Source: the human T2T-CHM13v2.0 reference genome, Homo sapiens
Length of the DNA: 64,000 nucleotides
Assembly: GCF_009914755.1 (NCBI RefSeq)
Contig: NC_060938.1
Direction: 5' to 3' (one strand)
How positions within the stretch are numbered: position 1 is the first letter of the stretch; each line of letters begins with the position of its first letter. The notes below the pieces were generated by a model. The model ran no database searches. It was not told the origin of the DNA and was given only the letters and a program-made list of their open reading frames with translations. Made by a program: the position numbers and the translations under genes. This document shows, piece by piece, positions 14,054 through 26,639 of this stretch.

Positions 14054-15873
14054 AGTGTGGACACTGAGGAAGGGAAGAGACATGGGGTGGCTCCTCGCCC
14101 GGGCCTGAGGGAACAGGGGATGAGCTGCCTTTCTTGAGGAGGGGAGGGGACATATTTCCATGTCTTTCTTTTTGTGGTCTTGGGTGCACCGCTCAGCATT
14201 GCTCATCCATCCTCTGTGTCTCCGTTTCAGGGAGGGCAGGATCAGAGGATTCCTGGGTCTGGATGCACAGGGTTAATCTGCCCATTACTCTTTCTTACTC
14301 TCTAGTGTGGACACTGTTCAGGTATCTTCATAGTAGAAAACATTATCAACAAATACATCCAGTAAGAACTTAAAAATACATTTCCAGGGAAAACGGACAT
14401 CTCGCTGTAATCAGTACATTTAGAGCTGGAAACCACTGTTCCTGACCATGAGGCAAAGTTGAGTTACAATGAAAAAAAAATGCAGATCTACACCTTGTTA
14501 GGGAGGGGGTTGATAATTACCATTATCTTGAGATCACTTTTCGCAACATAGTTCAACATTGGATATATGGACATGACATGATTCATATAAACATGCACAT
14601 TTGCTAGAACAGAAGGTTGAGAGGTCCCAGAAGTACTTATACCACATTAACAACACACATACCCATTATCACAATATTTTATTTTAACACTACTCTTTAA
14701 AATCAGAAACAAGCAATCTTTATATAAATGGCTAATTCTATGTATGAAAAAGGTGATAAAGAAACAAGCTTAGAATCTATCGTAATATCAGGAAACAGGG
14801 AAGTGTTCAAAAACAAAAGGATGAGCTTTGCTGTAAGGATGCAGGATCCAAACTAAATGAGGTCCCAGCACCTAATAAAGCTGTGGAGATTTGAACAAGA
14901 AAATGAATAATGTAGCATGGATCTTCTTCAGAGTATGAAATAGATGTCCATAAACCAATACGGATGTTAATAGATGATTAAATAAAGAAATGATGGGAAG
15001 AAGAACACATCTCCTCATGGAAGTATTCCAAATATCTCAGGTGGATAGTCCTCCAATCAATAGGTGAAGGCTAAGCACTCATGAGTTGATTGTGGCCTGA
15101 GATTAGCAACATGGAATAAATAATCACTATTAGTGTATTTTATAATGAGACTTCAGATATAATGCCAAATACATGATCTATGAATGAATAATTTTTTATG
15201 TTTTTTGTCTAAATCTGTGCACACACACACACACAGACACACAGACACACATATATTTTTTGAAATACCCACTGATAAGAGAGAAAAAGACAACCACAGA
15301 CTGGGAGAAAATACTTCCAAGTCATCTATTTGTTAAATCAATTCTTTGGATTTGTTAAGTGACTTTTATAATCAATATGCAAGTAAACTTACAACTAATG
15401 AAAAGAAAACAATGCAGATAATAATGAACCACATATCAGGAAAGGCATCCCAGCAAAAATTATATAAAAATTGCTTAATACGAATTTTTTATTTGGGACA
15501 TGTGCATTTAAATAAAAATTAGATGCCATTACTCACCTATCAGCATGGCTAAAACTCACAATTCTCATGATGATAAATGGTAACATGAATGTGGAAAAAC
15601 AAGAAATGTCATGCATTGATGGTGGGCATTCAAAACGTTACATGCACAAAATGAGATTTTTTGATATTTTTTAAATAGAGATAAAAGTAGAGTTAAAATG
15701 TGAATTTGTGCTTGTGTTCTGAAATATTTACAACATTGATTCAGAAATTGATGTTTACAAAGATTGATTCAGAGGAAGTTCTGTGTCAGATTTGTTAATA
15801 TGATTCATTCTACAATCCCTGAAATTTGCTTACAGAATAAATGTTGTATGAAAAATCTCTCAAATAACTAAAA

Positions 15874-16162
15874 TCCTGTCCATTCAAGCCCTTGTCCAGG
15901 GGCCTGTCATACCCAGTGCAAGTAGCAGTAGGTGAAGGTGTATCCAGAAGCCTTGCAGGAGACCTTCACTGAGGCCCCAGGCTTCTTCACCTCAGCCCCA
16001 GATTGCACCAGCTGCACCTGGGAGTGGGCACCTGTGGGGAGGACACAGGAGTGGATGAAAGCCCCCTTGACTGGACTCAATCCCCTCCTCATTACTTGGA
16101 CCTGGGAACTGCTTACCTGTGGCTGCTGCCACCAAGAAGAGGATCTTGCAGGTCCAGCCCAT
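15874..16162 (-). pseudogene. IGHV1-12: IGHV1 pseudogene with a stop in FR2 and loss of CDR2-FR3-RSS (leader 16162-16117, V exon from 16031)
   Basis: Leader [15 protein letters not shown], then [37 protein letters not shown] (TGA at 15909-15907). V homology stops after gaatggacagga. Confidence 0.9.
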
Positions 16163-16242
16163 GAGGAGATGTGCTCTCAGGGGATTCTCTCAGGTGATTC
16201 TCTCAGGGCACAGAACATATTTACCTCAGTGGATATCAGTAT

Positions 16243-16250
16243 ATTTGCAT
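16243..16250 (-). promoter_or_regulatory. VH promoter octamer (IGHV1-12)
   Basis: Intact ATGCAAAT about 80 bp upstream of the ATG. Confidence 0.88.
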
Positions 16251-17319
16251 ATTCATAAGACAAAGCCTTTCTTAGCTCAAAGCCCAATCCATGATAAGAA
16301 AGGGAAGATAAATGACACATCAGCCTAACAAGAGTGAGATGCAGACGGTCGAAGCCCTAATCCTGCTTGAGGAAATGCATGCCCTGCTCCATTTACAAAC
16401 ATTTGTGGACAGACGTCCTTTCACTGAAGAATAAGCCCATATAGAACAGGCTCCTCACTGTGAGCCTACATTTGATTAGCATAGAGACCACCTGGATCAT
16501 TTTTGGAACCATCACTCTCCATCACACTGAGCAGGTGCCTTGGTCTTTTCCTGGACCCATCAGCCACCAGCACAGCTCATTGGTGACTCTGAGAAAGTGA
16601 TGCTTACGTCCCACATGAGTGTCCAGGAGGGACCTCTGAGATCTACTGGGTGCTCCTGAGACACTGTCTCCAGCACCTGCCTCATGTCCTGATCCCCCAG
16701 GGTCTTCAATTCTATTGAACACTCTTGATTTACAGATTTGCCCTGTGATGCATAATTAGAGCTGATTTTCTCATCTCACAGACAATGGGAATCAGAAGAT
16801 AAAGCAGGAGTTTGGAGTCCATTATGAACTCTCTACTCCCAAAGTAATTGTCAAGGAATTTGTGTTTAGAACAATTTTGGGTTATTTTGAACTCCATTTA
16901 TTAGTATTTCGTCAAGTATTTACATACTTTCAGTTCATATCCACAGACCCTCACCTTTCCATATTGATTTCTGACTCACTTGGTCTGTGCACCTGCCACA
17001 CTCTCAGATCCACCACTGCCCTGTCACTCACACAATGTAAGCAACATTACTTAACACTGAAATCTGAATTTCTTATTCATAGGAATGTAGTTTCTTCAAC
17101 TAATCTGTACCCATAGAATTAGTAAAAACATGCCTATCCTTCATATTCTCACTATTAAGATATTATAGTTCTAGAAACCCACTTTAAAAAATAGTTCCCA
17201 GTGCCTTAAGTTATATGAATGGTTTTGATGTGATAGAATATTTAAAGCACATCAGCGACTTTTTGAACAGTTATTTTAGATTGTTTTTTCCTGACAAACG
17301 AAAACCCAGGCACTGAGAG

Positions 17320-17500
17320 GAAACCTCCTCCCCAGCTGTGCACCTGCTCCAGGGCTGGAACCTGCGCTTGGTGGCTCCCAAGTGCCCCCTTCCACAGAAG
17401 CTCTTGCCTTGCAATGAGGTTTCTGTCGGGGCTCACAAATATTTTCCTTCAGAGTCTCTAGCCCAGCATGAAGTGGCTGTGTCCTGGTTTAGAATTCTCC
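17320..17500 (-). pseudogene. Highly degraded VH FR3-end/RSS relic
   Basis: Minus strand reads QDTATSCWARD (compare EDTATYYCARD), then a broken heptamer, a 23-nt spacer-like stretch and nonamer ACAGAAACC (17426-17418), followed by the usual post-RSS flank. Confidence 0.5.
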
Positions 17501-20249
17501 ATCAGTGACACCACAGGCTGCTGACACCATGTCTTTTAACAATTGATTAGCCTTACTAAACCTACAGAGGGAGACCCACAGACAAGATTCTGTGACACAG
17601 AAGGGACCCCCTTTTCTGAAGCTTCACATTTCCTGAGTCAGTGGACACACAATGAACACAAAAACTTGAAGGATTTGGGGAGTGCCTAGTTTCTTCGCTG
17701 GGCTCTTGCAGTTGAATGTTGCACCTGAGAATATCTGCAGGTACAGATAAATTCAGAATAAAGACACCTTTGTATATGCTATTCCAATAACACATATTCT
17801 CCTTTCTTACTATTTTCTAGCCTATAAAAAGTGCCTCCTACACACACACTAGGCCTAGGTTTATGGCTTTTTTTCACTTAGCGATCTGAGGCAAACAGAA
17901 TACAAGTGGAGACTTGGGAAGTGCATGCATTTTTTTTCTCAGCTAGGAACCCTGCAAATGCCCCATGATAAAAGAATCTGAGGTCAATGGATTTGCCAAG
18001 ACCTTGTCTTCAAAAAATTTATGTCAGAGGCTTCAGATTTTCCTACTGTCCTTGTCTTATTCTCTGCCATTGTCTTTCAGTTTCCCTATGTTCTCCTCCT
18101 CACATAGAGTCTGTGCATTTCCACACTTTCATCTTTAACCCAGATTATACTGGTGAGAAAACAAAGTGTGCATCCTGGAAGTATTATATGTTCTTACAAT
18201 TGATTCTTAATAATTCAGTCATCCTTTCTTTCTCTGGGCTGTGACCTATACGCAGAGTCTCCAGAAATGAAACTGTTGCTTTCCCTTTTCTGGCTATAAC
18301 ATTATAGGATTATTTCTCTATTGGCTAATTTTATCCACTTTCATGATAAAGGAAGGCTGCTGGGAGGGTCTGTAATGGAGATGGACTACCTTACCCAACA
18401 CAGATAAGGTTCTAGATATGTCTTTCCCCTGGATGGTCTATCCGGAGAAATGTGCATGTGTATTTCTCAGAGATTAGATATTTGGATGATTTATCCAGGA
18501 AAGGATCTATGTTGATTTTCACTCAAAGAACCTGGAGGTTCCTGGAGCAAATAAGCACAAGAGTGTGAGGTGTGGGGCCTCTAAGATCTCTCACCCTCAC
18601 ACTAGTTCCGACATGCCCTTTATGTTTACATAGTTCAGATTTACATATAACATACCACACAGCCAGGCTCATCTGAATTGCCACATGCTCATTTAAACTC
18701 ACTGGAGCAGCAGCTGAGTGTAATCATCACATTGAACTCAGAGAAACCTGGGTCCAATACACTGTTTATTGTAGCTCAGAGAAGCATCACTGACTCCCTT
18801 GAGTGGACGTTTCTTCCCTGAAACAGCTTCACTACCAAGTATACTAAAGAGATGCTATGGAGCCGCTGTGGGGTTGGATTTCTTCCTGTCAGCCTGTCAT
18901 GCAGGGTGTTTGGAATGATGTAGACCTTTAAACTTAGATGCTAATCTTTCCCAGTCTTGTTGAAATGGCTGGCCACCCCCAGTCCTGTTTCTCCCCTCCA
19001 CTCACCTGAATGTCTCCAAAAACCCCATGAACCTAAAGACTCTCTTTTTCATGGATGACTCTGAGGATTCTCAATCTGGTCAGTGCCACAGTCAGAGGCA
19101 GCTAATGGAGGATTCTCAGTCCACTGATATGTTGAGCCCATAACATAGGACACATATCCAAGAGTGGACAATTCATGTCAGTGCCAATCAACATTTAATT
19201 CAAGGGGCATGATTTTCAGTGCATTGAAGTTTAAAAGCTTCATAATTCTTAATAGAGGCACAAACTGAATGGTTTGCTGAAGAAGTGAGCTCATGGTTAG
19301 AAGAAAGCTGACTGCACCCAGGAAGAGTCTCTTTAAGTAAAACACCTGAAACGTGATGTCCTGAAACCTTGTGAAAATTCATTTCCTTGAGTAAAAAAAC
19401 AGGAAAGCTATTCTCAAATCATTGGAAGAAAACTTATCAGAAATTTTATCAACACAGCACTCGAATTCCAGTAAGTCAATCCTTGGGTTTATGTTTCACA
19501 ACTCAAGAAGCAATAAAGAAATCTACATAATTGGAAGGCTGCTCCAACAGAGGGAATTTTGTCCTATTTAATTAATAGAATAGTATTCATTCAAAGACAC
19601 TCTCCTGTGGAATCTATAACTTAAACAGATCTCTGCAACCTGGAAAAATTTTCTCACTTATTTTTCTCTAGACACCCATAAATGCAAAAACACATTTTGT
19701 GTGTATGTGCATGAGTGATCTATAGAAATACTTTGCATATTAATGAAAGTTTGGAAAAATGATAACTTCATCACTTATTGTGAACTCCCACTTCACTGGT
19801 TTCCGAAATTCTCTGCCTGTGTCATGGGACAATGGGTGCCTCTGAGAATATGCTGATTTTCAGACTGAACATGTTCTCCACTCCTCACTTGACTTCATGG
19901 TTTCTTGCTGACACTGATGTCTCTATGAATGAAAACCCAACACTGATATCCAGCAGATTTTCCTCTTATGAGATTCATATTCTCTCTATCTCTTTCTTTC
20001 TCTGCATGTCTCTAACTCCCTGTTTTTCTGTGCCATTACTATTTATGGCTGAATCATCCTGAATCCTGCCGACATACTCCATCTCACATTCTGCAAATAT
20101 TCTGCCTCAAAGACAATTAGGGGCAAACTCATCCTTGCCCAAGGTGGGAAAACTTTCTGGACTTCCACTAGATTTATTAGAGCCTCATATGAGAACCATG
20201 ATCAAACATTATTTGCTTTTGGATTATACCTCAAATCTAAAACTGTTCT

Positions 20250-20571
20250 TCGTAGCGGCTATGACATTCTACATTCCCATCATTACCATTATGCAAAACA
20301 GTGTGGTGGCTTCTAAATAAATTAAAACAGAAATACCATATGACCAGCGATCCAGCTTATGGAAATACACCTAAATGGGATGAAATTACCACCCTGTGAA
20401 GATACCTGCTCTCCTGTGCTTACTGCAGCGCTATTCACAACAGCCAAGATATGGAAACTAAGTGTCTGTCGATGGACAAATGGATAAAGACAATGTGGTA
20501 TGTGTACACAATATAACATTATTCTGCCTTATAAAATAAAGAGATGCTGCCATTTTCCACAAGACAAATGG
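20250..20571 (+). mobile_element. Old L1 3' fragment abutting the truncated clan II V
   Basis: aaaacagaaataccatatgaccagcgatcc…ggataaagacaatgtggtatg is L1 ORF2-end sequence. Confidence 0.7.
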
Positions 20572-20898
20572 ATTCCCACCACCACTAGCAATGCATTGTA
20601 TCCATTGCAGCCCCTCCCTGAGAGCTGGCAGATCCAGGTCCAGTAGTAAGGACTGGTTGTGATGGAGTGGCCAGAAATGGTGTAGGTGAAGCAGAGGGTA
20701 AGTGTGTGCTCTTCAGGTCCAGGGCTGACTCCTGCAGCTGCTCCTGGGACAGGGCATGTGAATACATGGGGAATCAGTCCCCGTCAGTCACATGTACCTA
20801 CACTCACCCCATAGACCCACATCTGACATCCGAGTCACTCACCCTGGGGGAGCCATCACCAGGCACAGGAGAAGACACAGTAATGCCATCTTCTTCAT
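20572..20898 (-). pseudogene. Clan II VH pseudogene (IGHV(II)-46-1-like), truncated in CDR2
   Basis: Leader MALLCLLLCLVMAPP with GTGAGT donor (20842); acceptor AG lost; V from 20746 reads QEQLQESALDLKSTH, then after a frameshift TLCFTYTISGHSITTSPYYWTWICQLSGRG…QWIQCIASGGG; TATAAAA at 20980-20974. Confidence 0.85.
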
Positions 20899-22912
20899 GA
20901 ACACAACTCTGCATTCCCCAGATGCCTTATCCCTGTCTGAGGGGAGAGCTGTTAGCTTCACAGTCCAAAAGCATTTTATACCCTGGAGCCTAAAGGATAT
21001 TTTGGATGTGGCAAAGCCTTGTACTTATAAGAGAGAGGGACATAGGTCTGACTCCCTTTGGATTTGAATATGTTTTATTGTTGTCTGTCTATTTTCAGGT
21101 TGACATGAAGCACTTCCTTGCCAAAAACTACAGTCGTGACATTTAATAAAATTTGCTTTATTCCTATTTTCCCGCCTGTGACATTTGAACTTCTGTATCA
21201 AGTGAGCAATGTGCATACCTTACAGGAGAAATTACAAAATAACTCTCTAAGTCATCAGTATCACACGAATGCTACCCTGTCCTTACTGCCAAATATCTTC
21301 TGGAAAGATTTAAGTAAAAATAAATGATAAGTTGCATTCTTAAATTAAAAGTAGCATAACGTTCAGAAACTCATGAAATCCCTTTGCCAAAGGTACTCCC
21401 ACTAGAACTTACAGCCCAAGGTCTCCTTCCTCAAGGACACAGACATTCTCACCCTATGACTTGATTCATCAAAAGCCCATGTATTTCCCATTTTACCTTC
21501 AGCATTATACTCTGATTCATCACATGCCAATACAGCGAAGTATTTTAGGGGACCGATGTGCTATGCAGAAATATTCAACAGGATGTTAAAAATGTCCTAA
21601 ATAGTTTCTTTACTGCCATCAGCTTGTAAATTATTTATTTTCCAAGAGACATCGGAGAAAAACAGTCACAAATATTGTAAAAGGGGCTAATTACCAGTAA
21701 CAACAAATGCAGCAGTGGCTCCAGGATGTCAATCCATAGGTTTATGAGTGAAAATGAGGTGGGTTGCATAAATTGTTTTGAGAGGATTTTCCTTGCTTGT
21801 AGAGTCAATACCAAGGTTGGCATCAGTATAGGGTTAAACCGTGATTTGCTGGGAAGATGTCCTTGTAGAAGTGATTTTTATAAGGTCATGGTGGCTTCTA
21901 TCAAAGGTTGTGGTTAAGCAGAATCCATTTATGGTCGATCTTGTTATCAGGAGTATGTGCATGGGAAACCTCCTTCATGGTCATTCCTAGTTCCATTTGT
22001 CAGGGTTTTAACACAAGTGGATCTATTTTGATTCTGACAACTTTCACACCCTCTTTCTAACACTACTGGTGAGGAAGGTGACTCACTCTGTGCTACTTTG
22101 CACAGCACAGGATAAATTTCACATCCACATCCCATTTTGTCCACACAAGCTCATCCCCTTCACTACTGTTGGCCACTTCCATTCGCAGGTGAGTCTCCAC
22201 GTGACACACTGGAGGGTGCTGAGCAATGGGAGAGAGGAAAGTCCCATCAGCCTCTTCCACGTGGCTGCAGGAGCCACAGCCTGAGCCCCACCTGAGCTGC
22301 AGGGAATGGGCTTGAGACCTGGAGCTTTGGCAGCAAGAGCCACATCCCCACTTTACAGGGAGCAGGAACACTACAAGGAAAAGCAAGAACAACAACAACA
22401 AATAAAAAGAAATAGAATGGGCTAAGAGCAAAAGGGGCCCCAGATCAGTGCTGATACTAAGTTGTATACTTTAGTGTCAGGAGAAGGGTCAGAAGTGAAA
22501 CCTGTGAAGTTCTACATGACACTGATCCTTGCCCAGACTCTCTATTGGCTGCGATCACAATTCCTAAAGACCGTCCTAGTCAGGGAATCTCACTGAGGTT
22601 TCTGTCCTGAGTCTGAGTGGAGAAGACCCACCAGGTACCCCTGAGTTTCCTCAATACTCTGATCCTGGTGACAATGGTTGAGGGCTTTTCATCTCTGTAA
22701 GCATCAGTCTGTGTTTCGTGCATAAGAGAATAGGTTTTCATATTAAAATAATCATTTTAAAAATATGTAGGGATGGCATTGGTAAGCACAGAATTCTGAA
22801 CTTAGAGAGGTTCCCTAGAGAAACTCTAAAAAGATGAAGTCCCACATCCTGACAGGAAACCAGCCTCCATCTGCACCTGCCTCTGGGGATGACTCTGATC
22901 AGTGGGTCCTGT

Positions 22913-22926
22913 GCGCCCCCTGCAGC
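22913..22926 (-). promoter_or_regulatory. RSS-proximal CTCF-like motif of IGHV3-13 (weaker)
   Basis: GCTGCAGGGGGCGC, 27 bp 3' of the nonamer. Confidence 0.55.
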
Positions 22927-22953
22927 TGATTTCCCCCAGGCATTCTGCAGGGA

Positions 22954-22992
22954 GGTTTGTGTCTGGGCTCATACTGACTTCCCCTCACTGTG
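22954..22992 (-). promoter_or_regulatory. 23-RSS of IGHV3-13
   Basis: CACAGTG (22992-22986), 23-bp spacer, ACACAAACC (22962-22954). Confidence 0.97.
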
Positions 22993-23445
22993 TCTCTTGC
23001 ACAGTAATACACAGCCGTGTCCCCGGCTCTCAGGCTGTTCATTTGAAGATACAAGGAGTTCTTGGCATTTTCTCTGGAGATGGTGAATCGGCCCTTCACG
23101 GAGCCTGGATAGTATGTGTCACCAGCAGTACCAATAGCTGAGACCCACTCCAGACCTTTTCCTGTAGCTTGGCGGACCCAGTGCATGTCGTAGCTACTGA
23201 AGGTGAATCCAGAGGCTGCACAGGAGAGTCTCAGGGACCCCCCAGGCTGTACCAAGCCTCCCCCAGACTCCACCAGCTGCACCTCACACTGGACACCTGC
23301 AAACACAGAGACACAAAAGTCAGAAATTGCCACACATACCCACTGTTTCTCTCATTCATGCCCATTCACACTCAATATCTCTAGTTCTCCATGAATCACC
23401 TTCTAATATAGCAACAAGGAAAACCCAGCTCAGCCCCAACTCCAT
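22993..23445 (-). CDS. IGHV3-13: Ig heavy variable 3-13, functional (leader 23445-23400, V exon 23296-22993); *01-like
   Basis: Leader [16 protein letters not shown]; [16 protein letters not shown]…[68 protein letters not shown]. Confidence 0.97.
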
Positions 23446-23571
23446 GGTGAGTCCTGTGTGTTCAGTCCTGATCACTGAATACAAACACTTGGGAATCCCA
23501 AGGCTGGGGCTCCACTCCCAGAGCTGCAGGGTCAGGGCTGGGCTGGTTTTCATCAGGAGAGGGAGTCAACT

Positions 23572-23579
23572 ATTTGCAT
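23572..23579 (-). promoter_or_regulatory. VH promoter octamer (IGHV3-13)
   Basis: ATGCAAAT at the conserved position. Confidence 0.93.
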
Positions 23580-24734
23580 GTCTGTTACTATATAGCAAGC
23601 TCTGGGGTGGGACATCTGAGGTGAAGGCAGGGCGCAGAGTAGATGAGAGCGTCCTGGGGGATTTTGATGACAATGATTGTATTTGGGAAAATGCTGCCTT
23701 ATTTTGAAATTGTTCTGCGATAAACATTTAACAACTATCATATTTTTAATTTTTTTACCTATGTGTATAGATGATGTTATTTAGGAGTCAGTGGTTTCTT
23801 CATGTACAGATGTAAAAGTGAACCCACACATGGAGGGGCTATGTACGTGTCTCAGGGCTTATATCTGGCATGAGTGAGTCCTAGTACCTGGGCCTATGCG
23901 CCTCACAGCTGGCCTCAGTTGCTCTGAACCAACTACAGGACAGAGATAAACGGCCTAGTGTGGTTTGCAGAATCCACTTCCTGCCACGACAACCTGTGTG
24001 ATTTTGCTGCATTTACCTAAAAATACAGAGACAACTAGGCGTCAGGCAGATACATTTTTGGTGTATCTGACATTTAATGTATTTATTTGTTCCTTCTTAT
24101 CATCCCTTTTTTGTCTAAAATTTCACTTGTTTACTTGTAATAAATTTTATGAGTTTTAATTGACAGATGATAAAATTCACATATTTAACCTGTACAATAG
24201 TAAATTTTGATAAAGAAAGTCTCTATTTTCAAGAAGGTGACAAGTCAACTCACCTCAGAATTCCTCTTGCTCTTTTATAGATATATTTTTGTTTTTCTCC
24301 TTTTCTTCTACCATTTCTTTATAAAAGTACTGATGTTTTCATATTTCTTTAGACTAGTTTTTATTCTCTAGAATTTATAAGAATGAAATAATATAGTATG
24401 TACTCATCTATTTGGCTTATTTTTCTCAATAGAAATACTGAGAATTAAACCTTTTATGTTGTATTGTTTATTTTTTATAAATAATAGGTAGCATTTCAGC
24501 AAACAAATGTAGCATAATTTGTTTTTCTAAGTTGCTAATTGGTATCTGAACTTTTCATTACTTTGGGTCTTACTAATAAATCTGCTACTCAATTTGGTAA
24601 TGTACATAGATGATAAATTATATATAAAATATATTATTTTTGCAACAACAATAACACATAAACAAGAGAATGCGCTATTTGGCAAATTTTCTTTAGCATG
24701 TCAAATAATTGAAGTTATGAAATAAAAACAAACC

Positions 24735-25334
24735 TGTAAACCAAAGAGTATCTGAGACTAATCTCAATAGATTTAGGAAGTTCAATTTCCAAGATTAAGG
24801 ACATGCCTGTGACACAGCCTCAGGGAGTGCTGACGACATGTGCCCAAGCTTGTGGGCACAGCTTGGTTTTATACAATTTAGGGAGACATGAGACATTAAT
24901 CAATATATATATATCAGATGTACATTGATTTAGTTCAGAAAGGCAGGACAACTTGAAGTGGGGAGAGGGCTTCTAGATCATAGGTAGGTTTGAGAGAAAT
25001 GGTTGCATTATTTGAGTTTCTGATTAGCCTTTAACTGAATGCACAATTTACAGGAATAGTCACGTAGGCCTTAGTCTGATTTAGTGAAACAGTAGAGCAC
25101 AGGGAGCAATCAGGTATGCGTTTGACTTACATGAGCAGAGAAATGACTCTCTCTGTCCTGGGTCCACAAGGATTTTACTTGTGGTCAAATTTTGAAGGAG
25201 GTCTGTAGCTTTTAAAAACCTTAGTAGCTCTCATTTTAGGGAAAGAATGGAGGTGGGTTTGCCCCAAACAATTTTCAGCTTGACTTCCCTTTGGCTTAGT
25301 GATATGGGGGTCCCAAAGGTTTATTTTCCTTTCA
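24735..25334 (-). mobile_element. MER4A-type ERV1 solo LTR
   Basis: Minus strand starts tgaaaggaaaataaacctttgggacccc…atcactaag; absent from the paralogous flank of IGHV3-15 (about 49060). Confidence 0.75.
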
Positions 25335-25532
25335 GGAACATGGAAATCTTGGAAGAAATGAGTTCTTGTAGAGAGAAATGAAGCCATAGTGTTAGCTAAA
25401 CTGAGGCCGAGGCTGCCACATGAAATATAGCCCATTACAAGACAAAGCTACAAACGTGTTGGATTGCTTAAATTCCAGTGTGGTAAACGTGTTGTCATGT
25501 GAAATTCTCAGGAACCACATACTGAAGGGCAC

Positions 25533-25959
25533 TGATAAAGTGAATTAAATATGGCCTGAAAAGGACTCCGTACTTCTGTGTTTGAGTCCTTGTGGACAAA
25601 CTGTAACCTACCTGAATAGGTGGACGAGATTGAAAAGCCAACTTCGGAGCATGCGCCTGTAACAACAGCGGAGTCTTGGCCAATTCCAGCAGCCATACCT
25701 CAACCACTCGTACACTCTTGAGGGTGCACACCTTGTTTAAATAAGACAAAAGCAACCTGTAACCAATCCAGCTGTTTCTGTACCTCACTTCTGATTTCTG
25801 TACATCATTTTTCTAATCTATAAATCTTCTTCCACCCCGTGACTGCACTGAAGTCTCTTTGAATCTGCTGTGATTCTGGGGGCTGCCCAATTCATGAATC
25901 ATCCATTGCTCAATTAATCTTATTAACCTTAATTTGGCTGAAGGTTTTCTATTTTCAGC
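25533..25959 (+). mobile_element. MER57-type ERV1 solo LTR
   Basis: tgataaagtgaattaaatatggcctgaaaaggactccgtacttct…; the empty site is visible in the paralog at about 49245 (ccacatactgaagagc|ttttctat). Confidence 0.75.
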
Positions 25960-26639
25960 ATTCCTATACAATTGAATCCCTTTGTTCTAGAATGAGGACG
26001 CTCAGAAAAATTTTCCTTTCCCAAAGTGTCTGAGACAGAAGGAGAGCCCATACTACTGAAATGCGTTCAGACCCACCTCCCTCATCAGCACTACAGAATA
26101 AAGGAATGACCTACCATGCAGGGGCAAGCCACTGAAACCATGATTCCAGAGGCACTGGTGGAGCCCCAGAGGAAATGGGATAAAGACCAAGGTTTTCACC
26201 AAAGTTCCATCGAAATGCACCTCCTCTCTGTCATGGAATCAAATCCTTAATCTCCAGGGCATCGCAGAAGATCTAGAAGATGATGATAATAGTGGAGACT
26301 ATTGGAGGTGTGGGAGGGAACACCTGGCAAAAACAAGAGAAAATATATGTATTTAACTCAGTAGACTTCAAGCTATTTACACGTTAATTAGCTGGAATAT
26401 TTCATAGCTAAATACCTGATCTAGCATGAGAAATAATAGAGATGACACATGGAGAATGCAACAGTGGGAAGCTGAGGTTCAAGTTCTGATGTTTGTTTAC
26501 TGATATTTGTCCGCTGGCATGTCCAGAACTTCATGAGTACAGAACTCCTCCAATAGGGAAACAAACACTCACAGGACATGCATTTTTGTTTGAAATAAGT
26601 GTAATTCAGGTGCTGGTAAAATTTTCTCCTCAGACTCCT

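Noticed and set aside
22170-22345. GC-rich segment resembling a VH4 leader/intron (paralog at 57950-58110)
   Set aside because: No ATG-leader-GT structure found; treated as duplicated intergenic sequence.
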